Part shown: one piece after another, positions 1 through 5,953 of the stretch | Layout: each line of letters starts with the position of its first letter | How positions within the stretch are numbered: the stretch's first letter is position 1 | From: a virus | Length of the DNA: 37,995 bases | Virus record (IMG/VR): IMGVR_UViG_3300044666_000001 | Location: 1 to 37,995 of that record | Direction: 5' to 3' (one strand) | The notes under the pieces: generated by a model | The model's database searches: none | The model's input: only the letters and a program-made list of their open reading frames with translations | What the model was told of the DNA's origin: nothing | Made by a program: the position numbers and the translations under genes

Positions 1-127
1 GGGGGGGAAGCAACGCAGCCACAGTGGGAGCGGGCAACCGGCCTACTCGCTGTGCCTCGCGCAAGACGGTTTCAGCCGAATCCTTGTCCCATCCAATGGA
101 AGCAACCCATTTCGCAGAAGTCCCAGC
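1..127. repeat. Terminal overlap, identical to 37869-37995; marks a circular contig
   Basis: The 127-nt string gggggggaagcaacgcagcc...gcagaagtcccagc is present at both window ends. A minus-strand ORF is in frame across the junction. Confidence 0.9.
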
Positions 128-544
128 AGAGCGGGCCTGCGAAAGAAGTCGCGCGTATGCGTCCTTGAAAGCCATGCGCGCGCCGATCTTGTCTCCGCCA
201 TTCAGGACCGGCCGAGCGATTTCGAATGCCTGCTGCATTTCCTCCGTCCATACCACCGTGTCACGTTCGCTCAGCGCTGCAAGCGACATCGACCACGCCT
301 CATCGGACTCCGGACGACCGTCATTCCCCGCAATCTGCGCAATGATGTCAGCAGGCTTCGGGGCATAGCGACCGTGCACCGGATCCTTAATCGCAGCGTC
401 AATGCCCTGGCGAACAACCGCCATCGGGTATTGCGCCAAAGCCCGAAAGAACATCGCCTTTGCAGTCGGAGCAAGCGTTTTTCCATGCAGCGAATACGCC
501 GCGTCCAGCAACTCGGCAAACACGTCGAAATCATCTTCAGACAT
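1..544 (-). CDS. N-terminal part (181 codons) of a 247-aa early protein that continues at 37669-37868; replication-module position, weakly lambda P-like
   Basis: ATG at 544 overlaps the stop of the upstream gene by 8 nt. My translation MSEDDFDVFAELLDAAYSLHGK...REAQRVGRLPAPTVAALLPPP joins in frame to the ORF at 37669-37932. It lies directly downstream of the replisome-organizer-like gene. Confidence 0.7.
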   Translation of the reverse strand, partial: MSEDDFDVFAELLDAAYSLHGKTLAPTAKAMFFRALAQYPMAVVRQGIDAAIKDPVHGRYAPKPADIIAQIAGNDGRPESDEAWSMSLAALSERDTVVWTEEMQQAFEIARPVLNGGDKIGARMAFKDAYARLLSQARSAGTSAKWVASIGWDKDSAETVLREAQRVGRLPAPTVAALLPP

Positions 545-1304
545 CGATCACCTCGTGTTGTGGCCTATGGCCGAAAAGCAACGCCTTGGCAGCAGCGTTG
601 TCAGCTTCGCGCTGTGCTGGCATCGGAACGCCGTTGAAACGCCCGCGTGATTCGCTCGCTCTCGCAGGTGGCGCAGCGTCCTGTGCACGGCAGAGCCAGT
701 TCGTCAGGAAACGGGCGTAGTTCGATTTTTTGTTTTTCGGGTTGGCAATGACCCAAGCGGCAGCTTTCGAAAGCTCCGCGTCCAGGCTAAGGGCTGGATA
801 GGCTTCAGACCACGTGGACCGCTGCACATCGGAAATGCCGGTCCACTTGCCATGAGCGTCGAGCGCAATCGCGTTCGGCGCTGAAGAAGCGTTAGCTTCT
901 TCTTTCTTCTGTTCTGTATCTGTTCTGTTCTGTTCTAGGGCGTTACTGGAACGTTTCTGTAACGTTTCATTGTTTCCGCCCTGCTGTTTCTGCTTCTCTC
1001 GATACCTGCGAACCCGCTCTGTGCTTGAATCTGACTCATATTGGCGCTTGCTCCAGTTGAGCAAATTCCAGTCGGGATCGATAAAGCCACGACGCATGAA
1101 AACGTCTTTCGTCTCTGCCAGTTCCTGCTCTGAAACGCGCATCGCAAACGCAATCGATGTTTCACGCTCCGTTACATGAAACGTTTCAATACCGTTACTG
1201 CATTGCAGGCAGAACAACATGACGAGGCGACGCTGCATGGCTTCACTCATCATTTGTACCTTCGGGTCGGAAGCAAATTCCGAGTACATACGGAACCAAT
1301 CCAT
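537..1304 (-). CDS. Replication initiation / replisome-organizer-like protein
   Basis: 255-aa ORF. The N-terminus MDWFRMYSEFASDPKVQ...LFCL resembles phage replisome-organizer N-terminal domains. It sits in the lambdoid O-gene position downstream of ninB/ref and is translationally coupled to both neighbours. Confidence 0.6.
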   Translation of the reverse strand: MDWFRMYSEFASDPKVQMMSEAMQRRLVMLFCLQCSNGIETFHVTERETSIAFAMRVSEQELAETKDVFMRRGFIDPDWNLLNWSKRQYESDSSTERVRRYREKQKQQGGNNETLQKRSSNALEQNRTDTEQKKEEANASSAPNAIALDAHGKWTGISDVQRSTWSEAYPALSLDAELSKAAAWVIANPKNKKSNYARFLTNWLCRAQDAAPPARASESRGRFNGVPMPAQREADNAAAKALLFGHRPQHEVIDV

Positions 1305-1654
1305 TACGCGCTCCCGATCATCCTGGCAGCGATCAAAGCGCCGTCAGGGACTTCCATGTCTCGTTGCTGTAGCCACTCGATGCACCAGCGCAGCAAGTCC
1401 ATTTGCGTGCCATAGCGCTCTTCAAAGCGGGCCTTGTAGGGATGGACGGCAACCGCCGTGCCGTTGTCCTGGTGATGGCCACCACAAAGCGGCAGAACGA
1501 GCCAATGCGCGTCCGGCTTCGTGCGGCCGTCGATGTGATGCACTGATACGTAATCGTTGAATCCGCCTTCAAAGCGACACGCAACACAGCCGATATGACG
1601 GCATAAGTCATCGTGGAAATGCTTTTGAGCGGTTGTGGGAGCGCGGCCTTTCAC
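1304..1654 (-). CDS. Ref-like RecA-dependent HNH nuclease (recombination enhancement family)
   Basis: 116 aa with GCVACR...VHHIDGRTKP...LPLCGGHHQ...VHPYKARFEERYG, which matches the P1 Ref / lambdoid Ref-like HNH pattern. Confidence 0.7.
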   Translation of the reverse strand: MKGRAPTTAQKHFHDDLCRHIGCVACRFEGGFNDYVSVHHIDGRTKPDAHWLVLPLCGGHHQDNGTAVAVHPYKARFEERYGTQMDLLRWCIEWLQQRDMEVPDGALIAARMIGSA

Positions 1655-2064
1655 AAGTCAAACTCCACGCCTAGGTTATTTGCAGCCCACGCCTGCACCT
1701 GATTGACGTAGGTAGAGAACTCGCCCACGGTCATTTGAGTGGTGGACTTGCGCCGGGTGATGGTCGAGCCGTCCGGGAGATCAACGTCTTCGCAGATGCC
1801 GAATTTCAACGCGAACATTTCGTGCCACGCGTCCTTGTCAAACTGCTTGCCGTCTACCCATGCCTGCTCTGAGATATCGCGTAGAGTCACGCCCCAATAG
1901 AAGCGGTTCTGCTCCGCGTTGCGCTTCTTCTCGTCACTGGTGACGATCACGCGCAGTGGCTCGCCCTTATCGAGACATGCCTTAGCGTTCGCCTTGACGA
2001 AGACAAGGACGCTCGTCCAGATGGAAGGGCTACGCAGTTGGAATTCGCGGTAGAGCGCGGCCAC
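1651..2064 (-). CDS. ninB: NinB/Orf-family recombination mediator
   Basis: 137 aa with a GTG start preceded by GGAGG. The EQNRFYWGV and STTQMTVGEFSTYVNQVQAW motifs parallel lambda Orf (QNRKLWA, STSRMRVGEFAELLELIQAF). Confidence 0.8.
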   Translation of the reverse strand: MAALYREFQLRSPSIWTSVLVFVKANAKACLDKGEPLRVIVTSDEKKRNAEQNRFYWGVTLRDISEQAWVDGKQFDKDAWHEMFALKFGICEDVDLPDGSTITRRKSTTQMTVGEFSTYVNQVQAWAANNLGVEFDL

Positions 2065-2067
2065 TGC

Positions 2068-2142
2068 TCACCTCCAGAACATCCAATAGGTAACGCCGAT
2101 AACAACGAGAAGCGGCATGCAGGCCGTCATAACGAGATCCAT
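2068..2142 (-). CDS. Possible 24-aa hydrophobic peptide (MDLVMTACMPLLVVIGVTYWMFWR)
   Basis: Hand-translated. It fills the gap between the 2145 stop and the ninB start. There is no strong RBS. Confidence 0.2.
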   Translation of the reverse strand: MDLVMTACMPLLVVIGVTYWMFWR

Positions 2143-2144
2143 AG

Positions 2145-2351
2145 TCATTCCTCGTCATTCGGGACATTTTGTCCCTGCTTAGGACGCAGCAAATGCGGCA
2201 CTACCTTCGGATGAAGGACGCCGTATGCGCTCTTGAGGATGTGCATGCCGAAGTACTCGTCAGCGGGAATACCCTCAGCCGCAGCACGCGTGGCTAGGTC
2301 CGCCGCTTCAGGGATGGGCAGCTTTGCCGAAACGATCTGGTCATCGCTCAT
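2145..2351 (-). CDS. Hypothetical early protein (68 aa)
   Basis: ORF overlaps the upstream gene by 4 nt and lies in the PR operon. Confidence 0.6.
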   Translation of the reverse strand: MSDDQIVSAKLPIPEAADLATRAAAEGIPADEYFGMHILKSAYGVLHPKVVPHLLRPKQGQNVPNDEE

Positions 2352-2575
2352 ACAGCCACCCGGCGCGGGACACTTCGGCCCGAATCGTCACTGACTCCGA
2401 TCAGATCAGCAGGCAAAGTACCTACAGCACCGAGCAAGAACTGTTCGGTAATGCGGGCCATAGCAGCGGAATCGCTCTCGATGCCCTGCACAACCTTGAA
2501 ATGCTGGAGAGCTTCATATGCACGATCACGCAACCGTGTCTTTACTTCGTTACGAAATTCGGCTCGCTTTTTCAC
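2348..2575 (-). CDS. Hypothetical early protein (75 aa), in the cII-like position
   Basis: ORF overlaps the cro-like gene by 4 nt. The assignment rests on position only. Confidence 0.6.
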   Translation of the reverse strand: MKKRAEFRNEVKTRLRDRAYEALQHFKVVQGIESDSAAMARITEQFLLGAVGTLPADLIGVSDDSGRSVPRRVAV

Positions 2576-2769
2576 GCGTGCACCTCCGTGGGACGTGCCG
2601 CATCGAAATAAGACTGAAGGAGTTCAAGCTTCAAGACGCCCGGATTATCGATTCGACCTTGAGCGAACTTGGTCAGCCACCAATATGAGACGCCTGTCTG
2701 CTTGCAGATGTCGGGCCACTCCCCTTTACGGGCAGCAAGCTCGGTTCGTACTGAGATGATGAGAGACAT
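2572..2769 (-). CDS. Cro-like HTH DNA-binding protein
   Basis: 65 aa with the HTH segment ICKQTGVSYWWLTKFAQGR. It is the first gene downstream of a divergent promoter/operator region, with GAGGA 7 nt upstream of the ATG. Confidence 0.8.
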   Translation of the reverse strand: MSLIISVRTELAARKGEWPDICKQTGVSYWWLTKFAQGRIDNPGVLKLELLQSYFDAARPTEVHA

Positions 2770-2797
2770 TTGGGAATCCTCGAAAGGCTTTCCCTCA

Positions 2798-2826
2798 AAT
2801 CTAGCACTACATGGCTAGATATTCAA
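2798..2826 (-). promoter_or_regulatory. PR-like sigma70 promoter for the cro-like operon
   Basis: On the minus strand, TTGAAT (2826-2821) is followed by a 17-nt spacer and TAGATT (2803-2798), about 30 nt upstream of the cro-like ATG. Confidence 0.6.
2799..2820. promoter_or_regulatory. Operator OR-a, perfect palindrome ATCTAGC-N8-GCTAGAT
   Basis: The sequence atctagcactacatggctagat lies exactly between the -35 and -10 of the PR-like promoter and overlaps the -10. Confidence 0.75.
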
Positions 2827-2843
2827 GCACCACTTTGCTAGAT
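2822..2843. promoter_or_regulatory. Operator OR-b (TTCAAGC-N8-GCTAGAT)
   Basis: The left half-site matches 5/7 and the right half-site 7/7. It overlaps the PR -35 and sits 1 bp from OR-a. Confidence 0.6.
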
Positions 2844-2851
2844 GGAATTTG

Positions 2852-2857
2852 TAGACT
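2852..2857 (+). promoter_or_regulatory. Possible PRM-like -10 (TAGACT) giving a near-leaderless repressor mRNA
   Basis: Only 9 nt separate the hexamer from the ATG at 2867. There is no Shine-Dalgarno upstream of that ATG and the -35 is poor, as expected for an activated maintenance promoter. Confidence 0.3.
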
Positions 2858-2866
2858 GGCCTTATC

Positions 2867-3232
2867 ATGCTAGACACCAAAAAAATCCTCGCCGAGAACC
2901 TTTCGGCTCTCCTCGAAACACGACCTGATATCTCACGCCTGAATCTCTCAAAGCAGATTCAGGTAGCAGATGGGACGCTAGGCCGCATCAAGTACGGCAC
3001 GGGCAATCCAACGGTTGAAGTAATCGAGCAGATCGCAAGGTTCTTTAAGATCGAGCCCTGGCAGCTTTTAGTGCCTGCGCTCGGTCAGGGGCTTAAAGGT
3101 GCTAAGTGGCCGTTTACGTTCAGTCAGGACGATTTGAATCACTTGCCTCCCGAGGATTTAGACGAACTCGACCATCAGATTCGATACAAGATCGAACGAC
3201 ATATGGCTGTAAATCGCCGTGGGGCCGCGTAA
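2867..3232 (+). CDS. cI-like XRE-family HTH repressor without an S24 peptidase domain
   Basis: 121 aa. The N-terminal HTH (NLSKQIQVADGTLGRIKYGTGNPTVEVIEQIARFF) is divergent from the cro-like gene. The ~50-aa C-terminal tail has no Ser/Lys protease motifs. Confidence 0.85.
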   Translation: MLDTKKILAENLSALLETRPDISRLNLSKQIQVADGTLGRIKYGTGNPTVEVIEQIARFFKIEPWQLLVPALGQGLKGAKWPFTFSQDDLNHLPPEDLDELDHQIRYKIERHMAVNRRGAA

Positions 3233-3318
3233 GGGGACCACCGCGCGGCCCAGCCAAGATCATCCAGTTCAAACCGCGACAACGGGGAGAAAGCGAGCCT
3301 ACATAACTCGCCTGAAAG

Positions 3319-3344
3319 AGCCGCCACATGGCGGCTAAATTTTT
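3319..3344 (+). terminator. Putative intrinsic terminator after the repressor gene
   Basis: Stem AGCCGCC (3319-3325) pairs with GGCGGCT (3330-3336) around the loop ACAT, followed by AAATTTTT. Confidence 0.5.
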
Positions 3345-3351
3345 CTCTACC

Positions 3352-3373
3352 ATCTAGCATTTAAGTGCTTGAC
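3352..3373. promoter_or_regulatory. Operator OL-a (ATCTAGC-N8-GCTTGAC)
   Basis: Same half-site family as the OR operators. It overlaps the -35 of the PL-like promoter. Confidence 0.6.
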
Positions 3374-3396
3374 AATTTTTCGGCCGCCCCTATACT
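3369..3396 (+). promoter_or_regulatory. PL-like sigma70 promoter for the early-left operon
   Basis: TTGACA (3369-3374) is followed by a 16-nt spacer and TATACT (3391-3396), about 33 nt upstream of the ATG at 3429. Confidence 0.7.
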
Positions 3397-3414
3397 AGCC
3401 ATACAGTGCTAGAA
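3393..3414. promoter_or_regulatory. Operator OL-b (TACTAGC-N8-GCTAGAA)
   Basis: CTAGC-N8-GCTAG core. It overlaps the -10 and the expected transcription start. Confidence 0.6.
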
Positions 3415-3418
3415 AACA

Positions 3419-3431
3419 GAGGACAGCCATG
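3419..3431 (+). repeat. RBS-ATG junction GAGGACAGCCATG, 12/13 identical to 4516-4528
   Basis: Read by eye. The two copies bracket the repeat-protein gene. Confidence 0.6.
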
Positions 3432-4517
3432 CAACCCACCAGCAGCACCCTTGATCTCGACCAAATCATTCTGAGCGCCGGAGGCCATGACGCCAACAGC
3501 GGCCAACACTGCCTGCTCGAAGTTGTGAGCATGTTTGCAGGCGAACCATTCGGAGATTCGCCCATATGCGTCGATCCGGTTCTCGCGGCGTTCGGTCGTG
3601 CCTGGAACGACGGTATGCGCACTGATGAGGAACGCGCTCAACTGAAGAAGTACATCCCCCTGCTCGTAGGCACCGCTGGCTCAAAAGAACTTTCGGAAAA
3701 GCGCTCGTGGATGGCCTTCGACTGGCTCGTGCGCGTGCATTGCGCTGCGTGGCTAGCACTCACGCCCGCGCTGAAAGTTCATGCTGACATTTTGATCTCG
3801 CTTCCAGTGATCACTTGCAAGGCTGAACTCGATATCGCGCTTCCTAAGATCAATGAGGCACGGGACGCCGCAGGGGGCGCCGCATGGGACGCCGCACGGG
3901 ACGCCGCACGGGACGCCGCATGGGACGCCGCAGGGGGCGCCGCATGGGACGCCGCACGGGACGCCGCACGGGACGCCGCATGGGACGCCGCAGGGGGCGC
4001 CGCATGGGACGCCGCATGGGACGCCGCACGGGCCGCCGCACGGGCCACCGCATGGGCCGCCGCACGGGCCACCGCATGGGCCGCCGCACGGGACGCCGCA
4101 TGGGACGCCGCAGGGGACGCCGCATGGGACGCCGCACGGGGCGCCGCACGGGCCACCGCATGGGACGCCGCACGGGCCGCCGCACGGGCCACCGCATGGG
4201 CCGCCGCATGGGACGCCGCAGGGGGCGCCGCATGGGACGCCGCACGGGCCGCCGCACGGGCCACCGCATGGGCCGCCGCAGGGGACGCCGCACGGGACGC
4301 CGCATGGGACGCCGCAGGGGGCGCCGCATGGGACGCCGCACGGGCCGCCGCACGGGCCACCGCATGGGCCGCCGCAGGGGACGCCGCACGGGGCGCCGCA
4401 CGGGCCGCCGCACGGGCCACCGCATGGGCCGCCGCAGGGGACGCCCTTGAATCCACCGTTAAAACCTTGCAGGTAAATGCGCACGAATTGTTCTCGCGCA
4501 TGATCGCCGCGAAGTGA
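3429..4517 (+). CDS. Orphan protein: ~144-aa N-terminal domain plus 48 tetrapeptide repeats [W/R/G][D/A/G][A/T]A plus a short C-terminal helix
   Basis: 362-aa ORF with GAGGA 5 nt upstream of the ATG. It is the first gene after the PL-like promoter, lies on the same strand as all downstream early genes, and its stop at 4515-4517 is 8 nt before the next ATG. I do not recognise the N-terminal domain. Confidence 0.8.
   Translation: MQPTSSTLDLDQIILSAGGHDANSGQHCLLEVVSMFAGEPFGDSPICVDPVLAAFGRAWNDGMRTDEERAQLKKYIPLLVGTAGSKELSEKRSWMAFDWLVRVHCAAWLALTPALKVHADILISLPVITCKAELDIALPKINEARDAAGGAAWDAARDAARDAAWDAAGGAAWDAARDAARDAAWDAAGGAAWDAAWDAARAAARATAWAAARATAWAAARDAAWDAAGDAAWDAARGAARATAWDAARAAARATAWAAAWDAAGGAAWDAARAAARATAWAAAGDAARDAAWDAAGGAAWDAARAAARATAWAAAGDAARGAARAAARATAWAAAGDALESTVKTLQVNAHELFSRMIAAK
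3861..4445 (+). repeat. Tandem array of 48.75 copies of the 12-nt unit NGGGNCRCCGCA
   Basis: I walked the array unit by unit. There are no indels and 9 of 12 positions are invariant. Only position 1 (T/C/G), position 5 (A/C/G) and position 7 (G/A) vary. Exact higher-order copies are 3885-3944 = 3945-4004 (60 nt) and 4221-4292 = 4317-4388 (72 nt). Confidence 0.97.
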
Positions 4518-4528
4518 GGCCAGCCATG
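4516..4528 (+). repeat. RBS-ATG junction GAGGCCAGCCATG, partner of 3419-3431
   Basis: 12/13 identity with 3419-3431. Confidence 0.6.
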
Positions 4529-4846
4529 AACACCATCCCCGATCAAGTAGAAGGCGACACGATGAAGTACTTGAGCCAGCAAGAAGCGGCTGATGCTCTG
4601 GCTCGTGCGCGCGAGAAGGCAGCAGATTGCGTAGATCCCATTGCTGCATTGGAACGTCTGCGTGAGAACGACTTTGCGACTTATCTCGAACTGCACGACG
4701 CTTTTGTGCGCAAGGACGCTGCTCGTCAGCATGAGATCGAGCAAGAAGCCTTCGAGACGGAGATCAACCTGTTTATCGAGAACGAGCCTAGGCTGCTCGA
4801 TGAATTCCGCCGCTCGCGTATTGCTGCGGAGGTGCGTCATGGCTGA
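4526..4846 (+). CDS. Hypothetical early protein (106 aa)
   Basis: ATG at 4526 with GAGG 6 nt upstream (the ORF track begins at GTG 4514). Helical, charged sequence. Confidence 0.7.
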   Translation: MNTIPDQVEGDTMKYLSQQEAADALARAREKAADCVDPIAALERLRENDFATYLELHDAFVRKDAARQHEIEQEAFETEINLFIENEPRLLDEFRRSRIAAEVRHG

Positions 4847-5144
4847 TAAGCACACGCCGGGGCCGTGGAAGGCCGAACTGTCTTGCGTCGGCGAATATCG
4901 CGGGCTCGAAATCAAAGGGAAAAATGGTCAATGGATCGGCAACGTTCACGCTAACAAGAATCGTGACGACCGAATTCCTCAAGCTGAAGCCAACGCCCGC
5001 CTGATCGCCGCCGCACCGGAACTGCTGGACGTTCTGATGCTTGTCGAAGAACGATTCGGAGCACATTGCGCGGATCCGTTGCCTTTGGATCTGTGCGAAC
5101 TAATCGTCGCCGCCCTCTCCAAAGCACGAGGAGAGCAGGTATGA
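4839..5144 (+). CDS. Hypothetical early protein (MADKHTPGPWKAE...)
   Basis: ATG at 4839 overlaps the upstream stop. The HTPGPW N-terminal motif recurs in small phage early proteins. Confidence 0.65.
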   Translation: MADKHTPGPWKAELSCVGEYRGLEIKGKNGQWIGNVHANKNRDDRIPQAEANARLIAAAPELLDVLMLVEERFGAHCADPLPLDLCELIVAALSKARGEQV

Positions 5145-5335
5145 GCGAGATCAAGAATGGTGGCCCCGGAGAGATTCCGCCTGTTCCTGTGACGTGCCCA
5201 GGAGACGTATTTGAAAACGCAATTCGGGCAGCGGGTGTTGTCAATGCTTGCGAGTGGTTCGGTCACGCACCCGACAGCGAGTTCACCGCGGAGACGATCC
5301 GCACCCTTGAAGAGCGTTCGAGAGGTGCCGCATGA
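5141..5335 (+). CDS. Hypothetical early protein (64 aa)
   Basis: ATGA overlap with the upstream stop, and GAGGAG upstream. Confidence 0.6.
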   Translation: MSEIKNGGPGEIPPVPVTCPGDVFENAIRAAGVVNACEWFGHAPDSEFTAETIRTLEERSRGAA

Positions 5336-5532
5336 ACATCGACCACTGCCTACGCTGCGGCCAAGCGGGCCATTGCTCGGAGGATTGCCCGCTGAGTGGC
5401 GCACGGGTATCCCGTGGTGCATCTATCGCCTACGCCGGTTTCCTGCTCCTCGTAGCCCTTCTTTCTCTGGTTGGTGTCGCTGCTAAGTGCGCTGATGCCT
5501 TCGCATATCCGACTTTCGGGAGTTTCAAATGA
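5332..5532 (+). CDS. Small protein with a CCHC zinc knuckle and a C-terminal transmembrane helix
   Basis: CLRCGQAGHCSEDC fits C-x2-C-x4-H-x4-C. It is followed by the hydrophobic stretch IAYAGFLLLVALLSLVGVAA. ATGA coupling to the upstream gene. Confidence 0.6.
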   Translation: MNIDHCLRCGQAGHCSEDCPLSGARVSRGASIAYAGFLLLVALLSLVGVAAKCADAFAYPTFGSFK

Positions 5533-5723
5533 ACACCTATCCCAAGAACTTCGACCTGCGCAATGCGGACTGCTCGATTCTGAGCGCGGATGAGAAACAG
5601 CAATGCCGTCTGAGCGGATTGGCACAGAAGGCCAAGGAGGCGCTTGGCGCTAAATGGATGCTGCACAAGTCGCACGCACCGGCTAAGGGTCAATACAACA
5701 ACTGCGGCACTCGGATTGCTTGA
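5529..5723 (+). CDS. Hypothetical early protein (64 aa)
   Basis: ATGA overlap with the upstream gene. Confidence 0.55.
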   Translation: MNTYPKNFDLRNADCSILSADEKQQCRLSGLAQKAKEALGAKWMLHKSHAPAKGQYNNCGTRIA

Positions 5724-5730
5724 GGGAACC

Positions 5731-5946
5731 ATGATCGAAACTGAAGACGCATTCTGGCTTGTTTGGTCTCCGACCGGTACTACTCCCCCTACTCATCGCC
5801 ATGAGCACTATCACCTTGCCCAAACAGAAGCGGAGCGACTGGCTCGTCTTTATCCGGGGGAAGAGTTCTACGTGCTGATAGCCCAAACCAAACGTGTTGT
5901 GTGTGACATGAAGCGAATTGACCTTGTCGCTCCTATCCCATTCTGA
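5731..5946 (+). CDS. Hypothetical early protein (71 aa)
   Basis: ATG at 5731 with GAGGGA upstream (the ORF track begins at 5644). Confidence 0.6.
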   Translation: MIETEDAFWLVWSPTGTTPPTHRHEHYHLAQTEAERLARLYPGEEFYVLIAQTKRVVCDMKRIDLVAPIPF

Positions 5947-5953
5947 GGTGGTC

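Noticed and set aside
1-127. The terminal repeat as a biological direct terminal repeat or cos-type end.
   Set aside because: An overlap of exactly 127 nt, a gene reading through it, and a P22-type terminase/portal module (headful packaging expected) all favour an assembly overlap of a circular or circularly permuted genome. This is not proven without read-terminus data.
24-720. Plus-strand ORFs 24-368, 374-637, 402-650 and 460-720, and the minus-strand ORF 271-534.
   Set aside because: A single minus-strand frame starting at 544 gives a sensible protein, is coupled to the upstream gene and continues across the contig junction. The listed ORFs are out-of-frame or antisense shadows.
3861-4445. 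The tandem repeats as a CRISPR array or as a diversity-generating retroelement (DGR) target.
   Set aside because: There are no spacers, because the units are contiguous 12-mers. There are no cas genes, no reverse transcriptase and no template repeat anywhere in the genome. The variable positions are not restricted to adenine-templated sites.
3853-4476. Alternative plus-strand frames of the array: 3853-4476 (GTPHG repeats) and 3884-4450 (GRRTGRRM repeats).
   Set aside because: Both start inside the array without an RBS and end just after it. Only the 3429 frame links the array to a non-repetitive N-terminal domain, a promoter, an RBS and the downstream gene.
3753-4915. Long antisense ORFs through the repeat array: 3753-4649 (PCG[GVA] repeats), 3779-4915 (AASHAA... 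repeats) and 3850-4425 (MRRPVRRP repeats).
   Set aside because: The array is very GC-rich and cannot contain stop codons in any frame, so open frames there carry no information. These frames lack an RBS or promoter context, run against an otherwise strictly plus-strand operon, and their non-repeat flanks look like shadow sequence. I cannot formally exclude antisense translation without expression data.
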